A DNA stretch of 63,805 bases, filler included, from Olpidium bornovanus S191 (lineage: Eukaryota; Fungi; Olpidiomycota), in assembly GCA_017911155.1 (NCBI GenBank). It is 30 parts of 30 records of this genome, joined end to end, with 100 filler letters (N's around TTAATTAATTAA, not from the genome) between each part and the next. Parts side by side here need not be neighbours in the genome. Positions count along the whole stretch, not along the records: positions 47,943 to 50,377 come from JAEFCI010007534.1; positions 50,478 to 51,756 come from JAEFCI010010511.1; positions 51,857 to 53,189 come from JAEFCI010001308.1; positions 53,290 to 54,840 come from JAEFCI010000771.1; positions 54,941 to 57,297 come from JAEFCI010006321.1; positions 57,398 to 60,045 come from JAEFCI010006129.1; 24 more parts are not named here. The stretch is one strand, 5' to 3'. The position numbers and the translations under genes are program-made. Below the pieces are notes generated by a model, which did no database searches, was not told where the DNA came from, and saw nothing but the letters and a program-made list of their open reading frames with translations. Shown piece after piece: positions 47,943 to 60,145 of the stretch. Each line of letters opens with the position of its first letter. Position 1 is the first letter of the stretch.

Positions 47943-48986
47943 CTGCTCACTCTTCTTGCCCAAGTGACTGAGGAGTCCTGCTTCAACCAGCTGCGAACCA
48001 AGGAGCAGCTAGGCTATCTCGTGTGGAGCGGCGTTCGGAAGCAGACGTCTACAATGGGCATGAGATTTATAATTCAGAGCGAAAGGGACACGGCCTATCT
48101 TGAGAACCGAATCGAGGCTTTCTTGCGAAAAATGGAGGTCCGTTTGTTAGCCACCCGTGCGCAGCATGACGTCGATTGCTGCTCGTGGTTTACGTACTCT
48201 CTTGCGCGTCTCCCAGGGTGTCATCCATGGCCTTACTGCAGAGGAATTCAACAAACACGTCGAATCTCTGATTCTGAAGAAAACGGAGAAGTTGAAAAAT
48301 TTGAACGAGGAGGCCCAGCGGTTCTGGGCTTACATTCACTCCGGATACTATGAATTCAACTGCGGTGCGTCTGCGTAACTGTTACGGAAACGCCGACGTT
48401 GCAAGATCGCCAGGAGGGCGGAAAGTGTGGACTCAATGCTTTTTCCGGGTTATCCTTACTGCGCTTGCTCTCAGTGGATACCGACGTGGAGCATCTCCGC
48501 AAGGTAACCAAGGACGACCTCTTGGCCTTCTTTATGGAATACATCCACCCGAGCTCTCGCACGAGGAGCAAAATTTCCGTCCACCTTCGCTCTCAGGCGC
48601 CACCCAAGGTTGCCCACGTGGTTGTCGACGCGGCTCAGGTGATCAGCTGCCTGAACGCACACGGTATGACGACGCCGAAAGCCGAGGACATCGAGGCCGC
48701 CGTCGCCGGGGGCATCGAAAACCTGGAGCAGTCCGTGCGGCAGCTGATGGTCAATCAGGACGGTGTTGAGGAGGAGCGACTCGAGGCCCTGATAAAGTCC
48801 GTTGCGGACCTCGCCGCGGCCGGACAGCCTGGGCCGGTCGTGGAGAATACAGGCGTCACGGGTGAGGAGCAAAACGAGTTGCCGCCGGGCAACGTCGTCA
48901 TCGAAGACCTCGTCAAGTTCAAGGCCGACTGCGCGCTGAGCAGGGCGCCCCAGCCCGTTGTCCCGCTGGAGACTATGAGGGCATAG
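47943..48986 (+). CDS. STE23: Insulin-degrading enzyme / Ste23 (M16A metallopeptidase), C-terminal part
   Basis: CFNQLRTKEQLGYLVWSG, IIQSERDTAYLENRIEAFL, KNLNEEAQRFWAYIHSGYYEF, RSKISVHLRSQ. Confidence 0.93.
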
Positions 48987-50477
48987 GAAAGAAGGCTTGT
49001 TTCATTTACCCTGTTTTATGAATCGGCTCCGCTCCCCGCGCTTGCGAGTCAGGGCATTTTTCCCCGGTTATTGAGACATAGAACAAGAATTGCTCGGCGG
49101 TCGATCTTGAATCACCAGCAAATGTACTTAAATCTCACGTCCGTTGCGAAACGTCAGTTCTCGGATGTGTCACAGTTGCTCCTCGAGGGCTGACGACGGT
49201 GGGCCTCGAGTGGTCTTCTCCATCAGCACCGCGGTGTTCTCCCGACGGAAGCAACGGGGGAGGGGCGGGGGATCATTGCATGGAGGATGTGGGCCCAAAG
49301 CAGGCGCAAAGTTTTGCTTCGTCATTCGGCGCGCTGTTGGGAGGACGCTTCTTCCTGGGTTTGCTCGGTCCCGTAATGCGCATTTTTCTGTATCTGGCCC
49401 GGGATGGAACGATGGGAATTTCATCCTCGGTTCTGTTTGCACTTGGCAATTATCCAAGGTTAAAAAAGTTACGCGAAAGGTCTACAAATAAATCAATTGA
49501 ATTGGCGATCAAGAATGCGGAGCACAACTGGCCCGCCACCACACCACCGCCACTACCGAACCAATCCAGAGAAACACACCAGGAAGAACCACCCCAGACC
49601 CCAAACGATCTGGTCTGCCTTCGCGCATAAGTTCCCCACGTGCCTGAGAAGCGGTAGGCACAAACACAAAGACACGCCCCCCCGGTTTTCCTCTTTTCCT
49701 CTAGCACACACGCCCACAGCCTGTTCTGACGATGCTTCGTTTTTTTTTTTCTCTTTTTGTCAGCCGGCGGGCATGAGCCGAGAGTGCGTCTCGCCAATGA
49801 GCAGACGCCCTCCAAAACCTGCAGGCGCCCCAGGCCAAGGGGCACCCAAAGGTGAGCCAAACCGATACCTGGCAAAGTGGGCGACAACGGTATCTTCCTG
49901 AAGCACGGGTCGCCCAGTCGTTCATGCCACAAGGCCGCGTGGCGGACGGGAGAAGCAGCGGCGAAAGGAGACAATACCGCGGGGGGGGGCAGGATTTTAC
50001 CGCTTCCACGAGCAAAGAGAACTTCAACTGTTATTTCTGACGGCTGAGGGGTCTGAGATCTGGAAGGCCTCACTGTCGCGGCTGGGGCTGCGCCGTCAAA
50101 CCTCTCTTTTTCCCTGCAAGACCGCCAAAAAAAGCCACTCACGTTTAGGTCACGGCTGCGCCGTGGCGAGAGCAAGCCAGCAGGCCCGCGCGCACGATCG
50201 ACGCGGCCCGGTGAGAGCCGCAGCCTGTCCCGGGAGATTGCAACGGGGCGGTATCCACTTCCTGAGCGACCCAGGGGCGGGACCTGGCCGTGCGTCGTCC
50301 GCGAGCGGGTAGTTCACGCCGTTGGCGGCGAGAGCGGGGGGGAACTGGAGGGGGGGGGGGGGGGGGGGGGGCAACGANNNNNNNNNNNNNNNNNNNNNNN
50401 NNNNNNNNNNNNNNNNNNNNNTTAATTAATTAANNNNNNNNNNNNNNNNNNNNNNNNNNNNNNNNNNNNNNNNNNNN

Positions 50478-51756
50478 CATGGCCTCGGCGAGCGCGTTCT
50501 CCACGGTTTCCTTGTCGTTCCGCTTGATCTTCATCGCGACGCTCACGTTGTTCAGCGTTTGCTCCATCTGGTACGCGTATGCCTCCAGTTCCTGCTTGGC
50601 GTGCACCCGGTCCTCGGCCTTCTTGTCCTCGTCCCTGTGTGCGCGGCGCGCCGTGCGAAACGCGCGCACGAGGTATACAATGAGTCGGCGGTCTTAGCCG
50701 TAACCTGCGAAACCAGACACGGTAACCCCCCTCCGAAAATGCAAAATTACCCACCTGAATGATTTCGCATCTGCGATCATCCTCTCGACTTCGCTGGCTG
50801 AAAGCCGGCCGGCGCCGTTCGAAATCGTGATCTTCGCCTTCCGGCCGGTGGCTGTATCTCGCGCGGTCACCTTCAAGATGCCGTCGGCGTTGATATCGAA
50901 TGTGCACTCCAGCTCGGGCGCGCCCCGAGGCGCGGGCGGGATCCCGGAGAGCTCAAACCGGCCTAGGAGGTTGTTGTCCTTGCACATTGGTCTTTCGCCC
51001 TCGTACACCGGGAACTCCACGGTCATCTGGTTGTCTTCGGTCGTCGTGAAGATCTTCTTTTTTATCGTCGGGATCGACGTGTTGCGCGGGACGACCACCG
51101 CGAACACGCCGCCCTGCATCTCAACTCCCAGCGAAAGCGGCACGACGTCGAGCAGGAGGAGGTCCGAGGTTTTGCCCTCGCCGGCGGTGTTCGTGAGCAC
51201 GGCGGCCTGAACGGCGGCGCCGTAGGCCACGGCCTCATCAGGGTTAATGGATTTGTTGAGTTCCTTGCCGTCAAAGAACTCCTGAAGGAGAGACTGGATC
51301 TTTGGAATACGAGTGGATCCGCCGACGAGGACCACGTCCTCCACCTGGTTCTTCTCGACCTTGGCATCTTTGAGCACCTTCTTGACGGGCTCCAGGGTGG
51401 AAGTGAAGAGGGCCGAGTTAAGTTCCTCGAAGCGGGCACGCGTGATAGTGGACTGGAAGTCGATGCCGGCGTACAGCGAGTCGATCTCAACGGTTGCCTG
51501 GGTGAGAGACGACAGGGTGCGTTTGGCACGCTCGCACGCGGAGCGAAGGCGGCGGATTGCGCGGGCGTCTCCGGCAATGTCTGGAAAGACGAAAACAAGC
51601 CGAGCGTTACGCGATGGCTGTTCATGTAGCGGTGACATGTCCGCAACTTCCGACGACCGCGATTGTGCGCGTTCTCACCCTGCTTGTGTTTCCTCTTAAA
51701 CTCCTGCGTGAAATGCTGCACAAGGGTATTATCAAAATCTTCTCCTCCGAGATGCG
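50478..51756 (-). CDS. SSB1: Ribosome-associated Hsp70 (SSB type), internal fragment
   Basis: [58 protein letters not shown]-diagnostic [27 protein letters not shown] and [18 protein letters not shown]. Confidence 0.93.
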
Positions 51757-51895
51757 NNNNNNNNNNNNNNNNNNNNNNNNNNNNNNNNNNNNNNNNNNNN
51801 TTAATTAATTAANNNNNNNNNNNNNNNNNNNNNNNNNNNNNNNNNNNNNNNNNNNNCCGCTGACACAACCGCTCTTGGTAACTGTCGCCTCGCGC

Positions 51896-52946
51896 ACCTT
51901 TAGTTCCAGTGAGCGACGAAACGTTCCTCGGCCTCGCCCGGACGTCGAAAATAATGGGCGTCTCAAACCAGGGCATGACCAGGTGGGTGCCCTCAGGGTA
52001 TACCTCCCTGGAGACCCCGAAGATGCGGGAGTACTTGACGGCGCGGTGACCGCCGTCGACTGGGGGGAGGGCAAGAAAGACGCAGCAAGGATCATCAGGG
52101 CTAGCCAGTCAGCAAACGAGAATCGACAGCTTGCCAAACGGGGCGTGAGGGCACGGCCCTTAGAAAAAGGGAAGGGAGGCAAGCTCGCAAAAGTCGGAAT
52201 TCGCGCCCAAGCCTGGCGGGCGCGTCGGCGGTGCAAAGATCGAGCGGGAACCTTCTCGGCGCTCAAACCACGCCTCCCGGTTCTGCGTCCAGCTGACACG
52301 GCAGCAAAGGCACGGCACGCTCCTCGACAAAGCGCCGCCTGTCAAACGCGCTGTTTCGCTTGACACAACCCGGCTTTCCCCGCGGGATCTGGCGCCTCCT
52401 CGGACCCAGCCGCAGCAAATGACCAGGACGGCGTCGACTCTTTCCAGGGCAATTAATTTACTGCGCCTCGAACGGGCCACGTTCTTCGCGATCAAGCCAC
52501 GCCTCCCGATTCTGCGTCCAGCTGACGCGGACAGGGGAGAAACGGCACGCTCCGCGACAAAGCGCCGCCTGTCGAACGCGCTGTTGCGCTTGCGGCCACC
52601 CGGCCTTCCCAGCGAAGTCTGGCGTTTCGTCGGACCCTGCCGCTGCTGCAAATGACCAGCACGACCTCGAGTCTTTCCGAAGGCCATTTACTGGCCCTGG
52701 CGGGCGGAGGGGGAGGGGGGCAGGGGGGGGGGTGTGCGGAGGGTCGCATTCCTACGAAAGCTCTTCCCGCTTTTGCGCTCTCTCCTCACCGTTAAACAGG
52801 GCGTTGTTGAACCCCCACGCGGCAGCGCCTAAAGCGATTAGGCTGCCGGTCCCGGCGAAGACGCCCTTGCCCCCGCCGGGCAGTCCTGCGCCGGGCCGGA
52901 CGCCCGTCCGGAACACCTGGGCAAACTTCTCGAAGTTGTTGGCCAT
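51896..52946 (-). CDS. PHB2: Prohibitin-2, first two exons
   Basis: MANNFEKF...AAAWGFNNALFN|VDGGHRAVKYSRIFGVSREVYPEGTHLVMPWFETPIIFDVRARPRNVSSLTGTK. Intron 52060-52789. Confidence 0.93.
52240..52690. repeat. Diverged ~230-bp tandem duplication inside PHB2 intron 1
   Basis: CCACGCCTCCCG(G/A)TTCTGCGTCCAGCTGAC...GACAAAGCGCCGCCTGTC...GCAAATGACCAG...CTTTCC occurs twice. Confidence 0.85.
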
Positions 52947-52956
52947 GGCAGCACGG

Positions 52957-52993
<37 letters not shown>

Positions 52994-53051
52994 CCCCTTT
53001 TTTTGTTCACCCGCCTCGGGGGAAAAAAAACCCAACCCCGCCCGTCCTCAG

Positions 53052-53097
<46 letters not shown>

Positions 53098-53408
53098 GTT
53101 GGGAGGGGGGGGGGGGGGAAGGGAGGGAGGCGCGGGACGTGAGGAGCGAAAGGCGGGCGCGTTTAACAGCGTTAACGACGACGACAATCNNNNNNNNNNN
53201 NNNNNNNNNNNNNNNNNNNNNNNNNNNNNNNNNTTAATTAATTAANNNNNNNNNNNNNNNNNNNNNNNNNNNNNNNNNNNNNNNNNNNNGCGGTGGACCT
53301 TTGAAGAAAATTCTTGAACTCCGCCTTATACAAAACCCAGATGGAAGCCGAACGCTCGACCAGGAGCAGTACGTTCTTCGTCTTCTCAAGTGAATGAATC
53401 ACTTCACA

Positions 53409-53604
53409 TGTTATCCAGTCTCGACTCCTCTCGAGGTTGACTCAATTAGGCAGTTGCTGTTGGTTGTTGCGCCTTTGTTTATTGTGTGTATAGGGAGACA
53501 GAGAGACAGAGAGACAGACCGATGGGGAGAAGGAAGGAAGGCTGTCTATGTAAGGCTTGAACATTCAGGGGTTCTGGAAACACGTTACGGCTTGAATACC
53601 AACA
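53409..53604 (-). mobile_element. Copia 3' LTR, 196 bp
   Basis: Minus strand reads ATGGGGGGG (PPT), then TGTTGGTA ... AATAAA ... GGATAACA. Terminal TGTT/AACA inverted repeat; lies downstream of RNase H. Confidence 0.8.
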
Positions 53605-53771
53605 CCCCCCCATAAGTCCTTACGTGTAAGAAGGGAGAAGGAAGAAGAGAAAAGAAAAGAAAAGAAAGGAAGTCAACTCGGCGAATGGCTCGGCGACTCG
53701 CAGCGGGAATCTCGCGACGACAGTGGAGCTCTTCTTGTTGGTCTCGGTGGTCTTGTCGATCATGGCGGCAG

Positions 53772-54383
53772 TTAAGCCGGAAATGGGGCAGGTACCACGC
53801 CGAGAGCTTTTCGATGGCATTCGAAGTCAGGGCGAGCGAGGCCTTTGGTGAAGATGTCGGCACGATTTTCACGAGAAGGTACTGGGCGCGGGGCAACTTT
53901 TCCTTGCTCGGCAGCTTCACTGACAAAGAGGTGGTGAATGTCAATGTGCTTGCTCCTTTTGTTGATGCGACGAGTGTCCCGGTTGATCCCTAAAGCGTCG
54001 TGGTTGTCGATAAGGAGGGGAATGGGACTCGCGTCACCAAGGAGATCTTCGACGAAGTGACGAAACCAGGAGATTTCCCGACACGTTTCTGATGCGGCAA
54101 TTATTTCGGCTTCAGTCGAGGAATTGGCAATGCAGGGTTGCTTGCCGGATCGCCAAATAATGGAGGCTTGATGAGCGTTGTCGGTGTCCTTCGGTTGCAG
54201 TTGCAGAAGGTACCCGGTTATTGATCGCTGATCGTTGATTGCGCACCCCCAATCGCTGTCAGAATAGGCAACGACTTGTAGATCAGGGCGCGTTGTTGTG
54301 GGTGGTGGTGTGTCCGGCGATGGTTTCTTATGTGCCAGGGTTACCCTGGTATAAACCGTGAAAAAAAGCCAGGTGGGCGCCAA
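53772..54383 (-). mobile_element. Ty1/copia RNase HI domain
   Basis: VAYSDSDWG...RSITGY, IIWRSGKQPCIANSSTEAEIIAAS, IDNHDAL, RSKHIDIHHLFVSE, NRADIFTKGL. Confidence 0.95.
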
Positions 54384-54631
54384 ATACTCATCGAGTACTA
54401 GGTTTAGGTTAAGCTTAAAAAAGGTAGGAAGCCCCGTTGACGTCTTATTCTGGTTTTCATTGGTCTATTTTCAAGGGGGCTCCATTTCCGGTAAACTTTT
54501 CCAGGGGTGCCTCTTTCCGTTGAACTTTTCCTTTCGAGGAATTTTATTCTGGCCTTCCTTTCCAACATTTCCGAGCTGCTCCCCCCCCCCCTCTCCCCCC
54601 CCCCCCACCCCCCCCTCCCCTCCCCCCCCCC

Positions 54632-54670
<39 letters not shown>

Positions 54671-54801
54671 CCCCCCCGCCGCACGGGGCCGGCGATAACG
54701 CTTTCCGGCACCGCTTTTGGGAACGCCCGACGCGGACGCCCCCACCCTTACCCCCCCCCCCCCCCCCCCCCCCCCCCCGGGCCCCGGGGGGGGGGGGGGG
54801 G

Positions 54802-54840
<39 letters not shown>

Positions 54841-54940
54841 NNNNNNNNNNNNNNNNNNNNNNNNNNNNNNNNNNNNNNNNNNNNTTAATTAATTAANNNN
54901 NNNNNNNNNNNNNNNNNNNNNNNNNNNNNNNNNNNNNNNN

Positions 54941-55842
54941 CGCCCGAGCAGACCCATGCCGGTTGGTACGTCGACGATACTCCCCGTGCGCGTGACCGTG
55001 TCACCCTCTTTGATCAGCCGGTCGTTACCGAACACGACGATACCGACGTTGTCCGGCTCCAAATTCAGGGCCATCCCCTGCGGGTTTTGAGCACCTGTTA
55101 GACGCGCAAGATTGCGAGGGCCTTACACGCGACGGAGCACATTTCGGAGATCACGCACTTGAACGCCGCTGGAGAATTCCACCATCTCCTCGGCCTGGCA
55201 ATTCTTGAGGCCGTACACACGGGCGATACCATCTCCGATGGAGAGCACCCGGCCCGTCTCCTGAATGTTGGCCTCGCTCGAAATTCCGAGGATCTTGTCC
55301 TCGAGAATGCTGGAGACCTCCGATTGTGCTAAATATTCGTGCCGCGCGCGGCGGTAATCAGTGTTCGTCCAGGAAGAAACGATATCGAAGCGCAAAGGCT
55401 TTCCCACAGACAAGGTTTTGCAGCCGCGCTCGCCGGCGCCTTGACAGTAAACGCCCGCGCAATCGCGCCGCACGCCGGCGGCCGTCCTAAGAGCTGAGCA
55501 GCGGTGAGGACGCCAAGTTGGTCGAGCGGAGAAAGATGTTCGGTGCAGCAGCGCGATATGCGGGCCCGTTAACGTTCGATTCTAACAAAAGGACGGAAAC
55601 ACGAGCGCGCCTCCGTGCGAAACGGCGGGACGCCCCCAGTTGCCCTCGGGGCGTTTCCGTTGCTGAACAATCTGCGTTCTCGGTCCTGCCCGGACGGAAC
55701 CGCGTGCGATCCCCCGCTTGAAAATTCCCGGCCGCGTGTCCTGGCAGGACCGTGCCGGTCCACTTACCGAGGGAACCGGCTGAGCGGCCGACGCGGCGGC
55801 GAGGCGGCGGAAAACCTGACGCGAGACGGCGGCCTTGTGCAT
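54941..55842 (-). CDS. ATP1: Mitochondrial ATP synthase F1 alpha subunit (nuclear, spliced), N-terminal part
   Basis: Presequence [20 protein letters not shown], then [10 protein letters not shown]...[32 protein letters not shown]|[25 protein letters not shown]. Confidence 0.96.
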
Positions 55843-56831
55843 CTCTTACGGTTTGCGGGTCAGCGAAACGTGAAAGCCTGCGCGGGGGCGAGCGTTTGCG
55901 GCCGAGATCAGGAGGGATGCCGAAGCCGAGGACAGGAGGCGTCGGCCAGCTTGCTCGGGGCGGGTGGGACCGGAGCGGGTGACGAGCGGCCAGACCGGCC
56001 GGAAAGCGGGAGGAGTTTGGCGCTTTTCAAAGCCTGACCCCGGCGAGAGGGAACGGCAGGAGACCGCGGCGTCCCAGCCGCGCGGAGGCCGAGCGCCGCG
56101 CGCAGGCGCACGAGAGGAGGCGGCGACGACGCGCAGAGGGTGGGGAAGATGGGGACGGGGCGGGACAGGAACCGACAGAAGGCGGGGGAACACCCGCCGG
56201 TTGCCAAGAGGGCGGGGGCACAAACGCGTCGACACTGCTGCCGCCCGCGAGCGCCGTTTCCCCTCACCTCCCCGCACCGTCTTCCCCGTCTTCCCCGTCT
56301 TCCCCGCCGCCTCGTCGCCTCCTCCCGCCGCGCTTCCCCCGGGGATGCTTTCCCATCCCGCCCTGTTCCCCGCCTTACTTTTTCTTTTTTTTTTATTTTC
56401 GCGGGGAAGTTCCTTGGACGCCTTCCCGGAATCCAAATCCAACGCCCCGCGTAGACCCAGGAACACTCAGATCGGCCTGCGCAGAAAATCTACCAGGCGC
56501 CGTAGATGGCAGGCCACATCTACGACCCCCCACCCCGTAGATGCCTGAACCTGTGCAGACCCGCCGAGAACTTCATCACCGCAGCACGGACGCACAGCAA
56601 GTGCCAGGTTGGGACTGCCGGTGCCGTGCTCCCACCTTTCGATCCCACACCAACGCTGCGTACTAATGGGCAGGGCTTACATTTGATCGCAAAAAATGGA
56701 GTGCAACGCCGCCAAGTCGTCGCATGCCCAATCTCCCGTCTAGGCCCTGCAGCTCCGGCCGCCCAGTCCGCCGATCCGGGTGCAGCACACCGCCGCGGCC
56801 GCCGCGCTTACAGCCCGCGAATTCCACACCC

Positions 56832-56877
<46 letters not shown>

Positions 56878-58493
56878 AGATCCACTCGAAGGGTGCGCCC
56901 TGAGGAGGCTGGCGCGCCGCGGCCCTCTTTTGACGAGACGCCCGTCGGGCGTCGCAGTGCCGGCAGCGAGCCGCTCCAAAATGCAAAGAAGCTCGTCCCG
57001 TCCGCGCGAGGATGCCTGTCGCGGCGGGCGTGAAAAAATTGTACGACGCGCGCCGCGCGGAAGCGCGCGCATTTGATTCCCCCCTCCGGACATCCAAGGA
57101 ACTGACCGCGTGCCGTCTGATGAGCACGGGTGGGCGGCGATCTCCGGACAAGGCGGGCATGTCCCGGGGGGGGAGGGGTGGGGGGTTGGGGGAAGGCCTT
57201 TTTCGGTCCCTTTCGGGTCGAGTCTTTCGTCGTGGATGATTCGGTCGTCGTCCAGCACGTGCGACGATCACTCTCACTCCCCCCCCCCCCCCCCCCCNNN
57301 NNNNNNNNNNNNNNNNNNNNNNNNNNNNNNNNNNNNNNNNNTTAATTAATTAANNNNNNNNNNNNNNNNNNNNNNNNNNNNNNNNNNNNNNNNNNNNAAG
57401 TACACTCCGAAAACCGGGCCCTTCCCCCTTCCCCCTCCCCCTCCCCGCAGCCCGATGTTGTTGTACCTCGGCCTCGTTGCCGAACGTGATGTCCCAATAT
57501 TTGGCTGCCTGAATCATGGGCTCCAAAAAAAAAAAGAAAAGAAAAAAAAAACGGCACAAGAACAATGTCCTGTGTCCTGTACGCAATGCCGAAGTTCCAA
57601 GAGGGGCTCCCCGGGTGGCTAGGCTTCCTGTGACCAAAGTGCAAGTGATCACCGGTTGCAAAAAGCCCCACAAACAGGCCCAATCCACGCTCATCGCATG
57701 ACCGGCTGAAGTATCGCGAGGGGCTTCGGCATCTTAACGCGTCACCGGGTTCCTCCTGCGGCCGTGGGCATCGGTTTGCGCAGTTGATGGCCAGCGCGTG
57801 ACGCCCAAACCAGTTCACGTAAGGTCCCCCGGTCCACGCTGTGGGAGGACCAACTGCGCTCCCCCAAAACGCCCCTGGCGCAGGCTAGGACAAAGCGCAC
57901 GGCAAAAAGGACGGGAATCTGGCACTTCCCAACAGCCACTGCTAGAAGCATTCTCGCTATTTACAACCGGTTTTAGGCCGGAACTGTTTGTCCCTAGCTG
58001 GGACCCATCCTCTATAGCAGGTTCTCGGCTATTTTACAGTAATATTCCCAAATATACTTGTTGGTGCCCTGACGGGTGCCCGCGCCTCCACCTGTGCCCC
58101 CGCCGATACGGCCGCTGGCAGTTGGTTGCCGGCACGCGCACCAGTGCGCTCGCTGGTGAGTACGTTGGCATGCTCTTCGATGTGCTCTTTGACCAGCCCC
58201 TCACCCGTAGGCTGTGCGGCCTCCCGGGGGGATAACCCGCCCTGGGGCCGGTGCCGGTTTCGATCATCGGCGCTTGGGATTGAGCAGAGCCAACGGGGAG
58301 GGGTCAGGAGCAACCGGTATCTGGCCCCTTCAATGAACACTACGCCCCTCCGACTCGCACCACAACAACAGCGGAGTAACTATTAATGGAGAAAACTGGT
58401 CGTCCGGGATTCCGGGTCGGGGATTTCGCGTAAGCAGCAAAACGCATTTGATCCCCCCTCCCTCCTCCTAAGTAAAAAGTCATTTCGTAATTT

Positions 58494-59985
58494 TTACAGG
58501 ATTACGATGCCATCCGCTTCCTCCGCCGCCGGCCCGCCGGCACACGAAATTGGCTGGACCTCCACTTCCCCGCTTTCCATCCCTCCCTCCAGCGGCGGCG
58601 GCGGTGGAATGGAGTCGTCCGCCCCGCTCTCATCGGCGGCGTCGTTGTCAATGCGGCGCAGCATGTCGTCCCTGAAGCGGCAGAGGGGCTCCAGATACTC
58701 GACCTCGGCGTAAGCGGCCGGGTCCGCGGCGATTCGTCTTCTGCGGGCTTCTTCCTGGAGTCGGCGCAAGGCTTGTTGGATATTTTTTGGAAATCCCGAG
58801 GACCGGCGGACAAACCCCGGCGGGAGAAAGATCGGGAAATCGTACCGACCGTCAGCTTCTGGACTTCTTCTCTAATACGCATCTGTTCACACGAAACCAA
58901 AAGCGGTAGTCAAACGCAGCCCTACTGGCCCCACCTTCAAAGTTCCGATTTTGCTCCTCGTGCTCCTCGTCGCGTATCCGCTGGCGCTCGACACGCTCAG
59001 CTTCCAAGCCTCCTTCCGCCCTGCGGAACCCGGGGAGTCTGAGAAACAGGGCCCGTTCTCGTCAACGACGACACCACTGCATACCCGGCCCCCCTACCAC
59101 GCGTTGACGGCCCTCCTCTCCGTGTCAAAGACGGGCCGGTCATCCAAGTACGTCAGCTTCTGCAATCGCGCGACTGTGCTCCGCCGGTAGTTGGAGGTCT
59201 GCTTGATCAACGGGTTGCCCATCAAATTCAGCACGGCCTGGAGCATCAAAAAATATTCAGGCCGGCTTCACGAGAAATGGAAAGAAAAAAACACGTCCGC
59301 CCGTGCGCCTTTCCGCAGAATTCCGTGCATTCTCACCAGCGCCGGAAGCTCTTCCAGTAAGTCGTAAACCCTGCTGTCATCGATTTTGTTGTGTGACAAG
59401 TCAAGGATCCTGGAGTGGCGTTGCACCGCGTGCGGTACGTCGTTGTTAACTTCGTATAGTGGTTTCGCCGCTTTTCGCGTTTTTTCAAAAAAAAATTTGA
59501 AAGCCCTCTCAAATTTGAGATTCTGCGAACAGCCTTTGCGTCCTGAACAGTTCGCTTGCCACGGCATCGGTGTAGAGTGGAGAGGCGAATGGGTAAAAGT
59601 GGACGACGACCGTATCGGTTGAGCCGAACGCTTACGTTATGCTGGGGCACTCGCTCAAACCGGCGAGATCGTCAGCAGTTCGAAAAAAATTGTTCGCAAT
59701 CTGGAGCGTTTTCAGCTTCCGCAGCGCCGAAAAATCACTGCCAACCGGTATCGTTTTGATCAGGTTGTTGCTGAGGGTGATCGTGTCGAGTTCTTGCAAA
59801 GCAGCAAGGTTCTGGACGCGGGCGATGCAGTTTTGGTGGAGGTAGCTGTCGATCGTAATACAAAAATGGCGGCAGTGCCAAAGGTTCGGCCGCGGGGCTG
59901 TTGGCGAGGGCCGGCTTATCAAGGTCATGGTCGAAAGGCCGCCGGTGTTGCACTCACAGGCACCGCAATTCCGAGCACGATTCTG
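58494..59985 (-). CDS. DNAAF1: Axonemal dynein assembly factor 1 (LRRC50/ODA7), C-terminal part
   Basis: SDS22-type LRRs ([46 protein letters not shown]), then [31 protein letters not shown]|[12 protein letters not shown], the ODA7 LRR-cap and coil signature. Confidence 0.88.
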
Positions 59986-60145
59986 CAAACGGTGGTTGGC
60001 CAAAAAGACCCCCCCGAGTTGGGATGTTGCTCGTCTGCTTCCGGCNNNNNNNNNNNNNNNNNNNNNNNNNNNNNNNNNNNNNNNNNNNNTTAATTAATTA
60101 ANNNNNNNNNNNNNNNNNNNNNNNNNNNNNNNNNNNNNNNNNNNN

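Noticed and set aside
49895-49945. LWHERLGD resembling the copia GAG-pre-integrase LWHxRLGH motif
   Set aside because: His is replaced by Asp and no downstream CxxC or integrase core follows; insufficient support.
57450-57850. Minus-strand exons AAKYWDITFGNEAE and WTGGPYVNWFGRHALAINCANR as a pfkB/adenosine kinase
   Set aside because: Only a short FGNExE resemblance and no other pfkB motifs; probably coding, but unassignable by eye.
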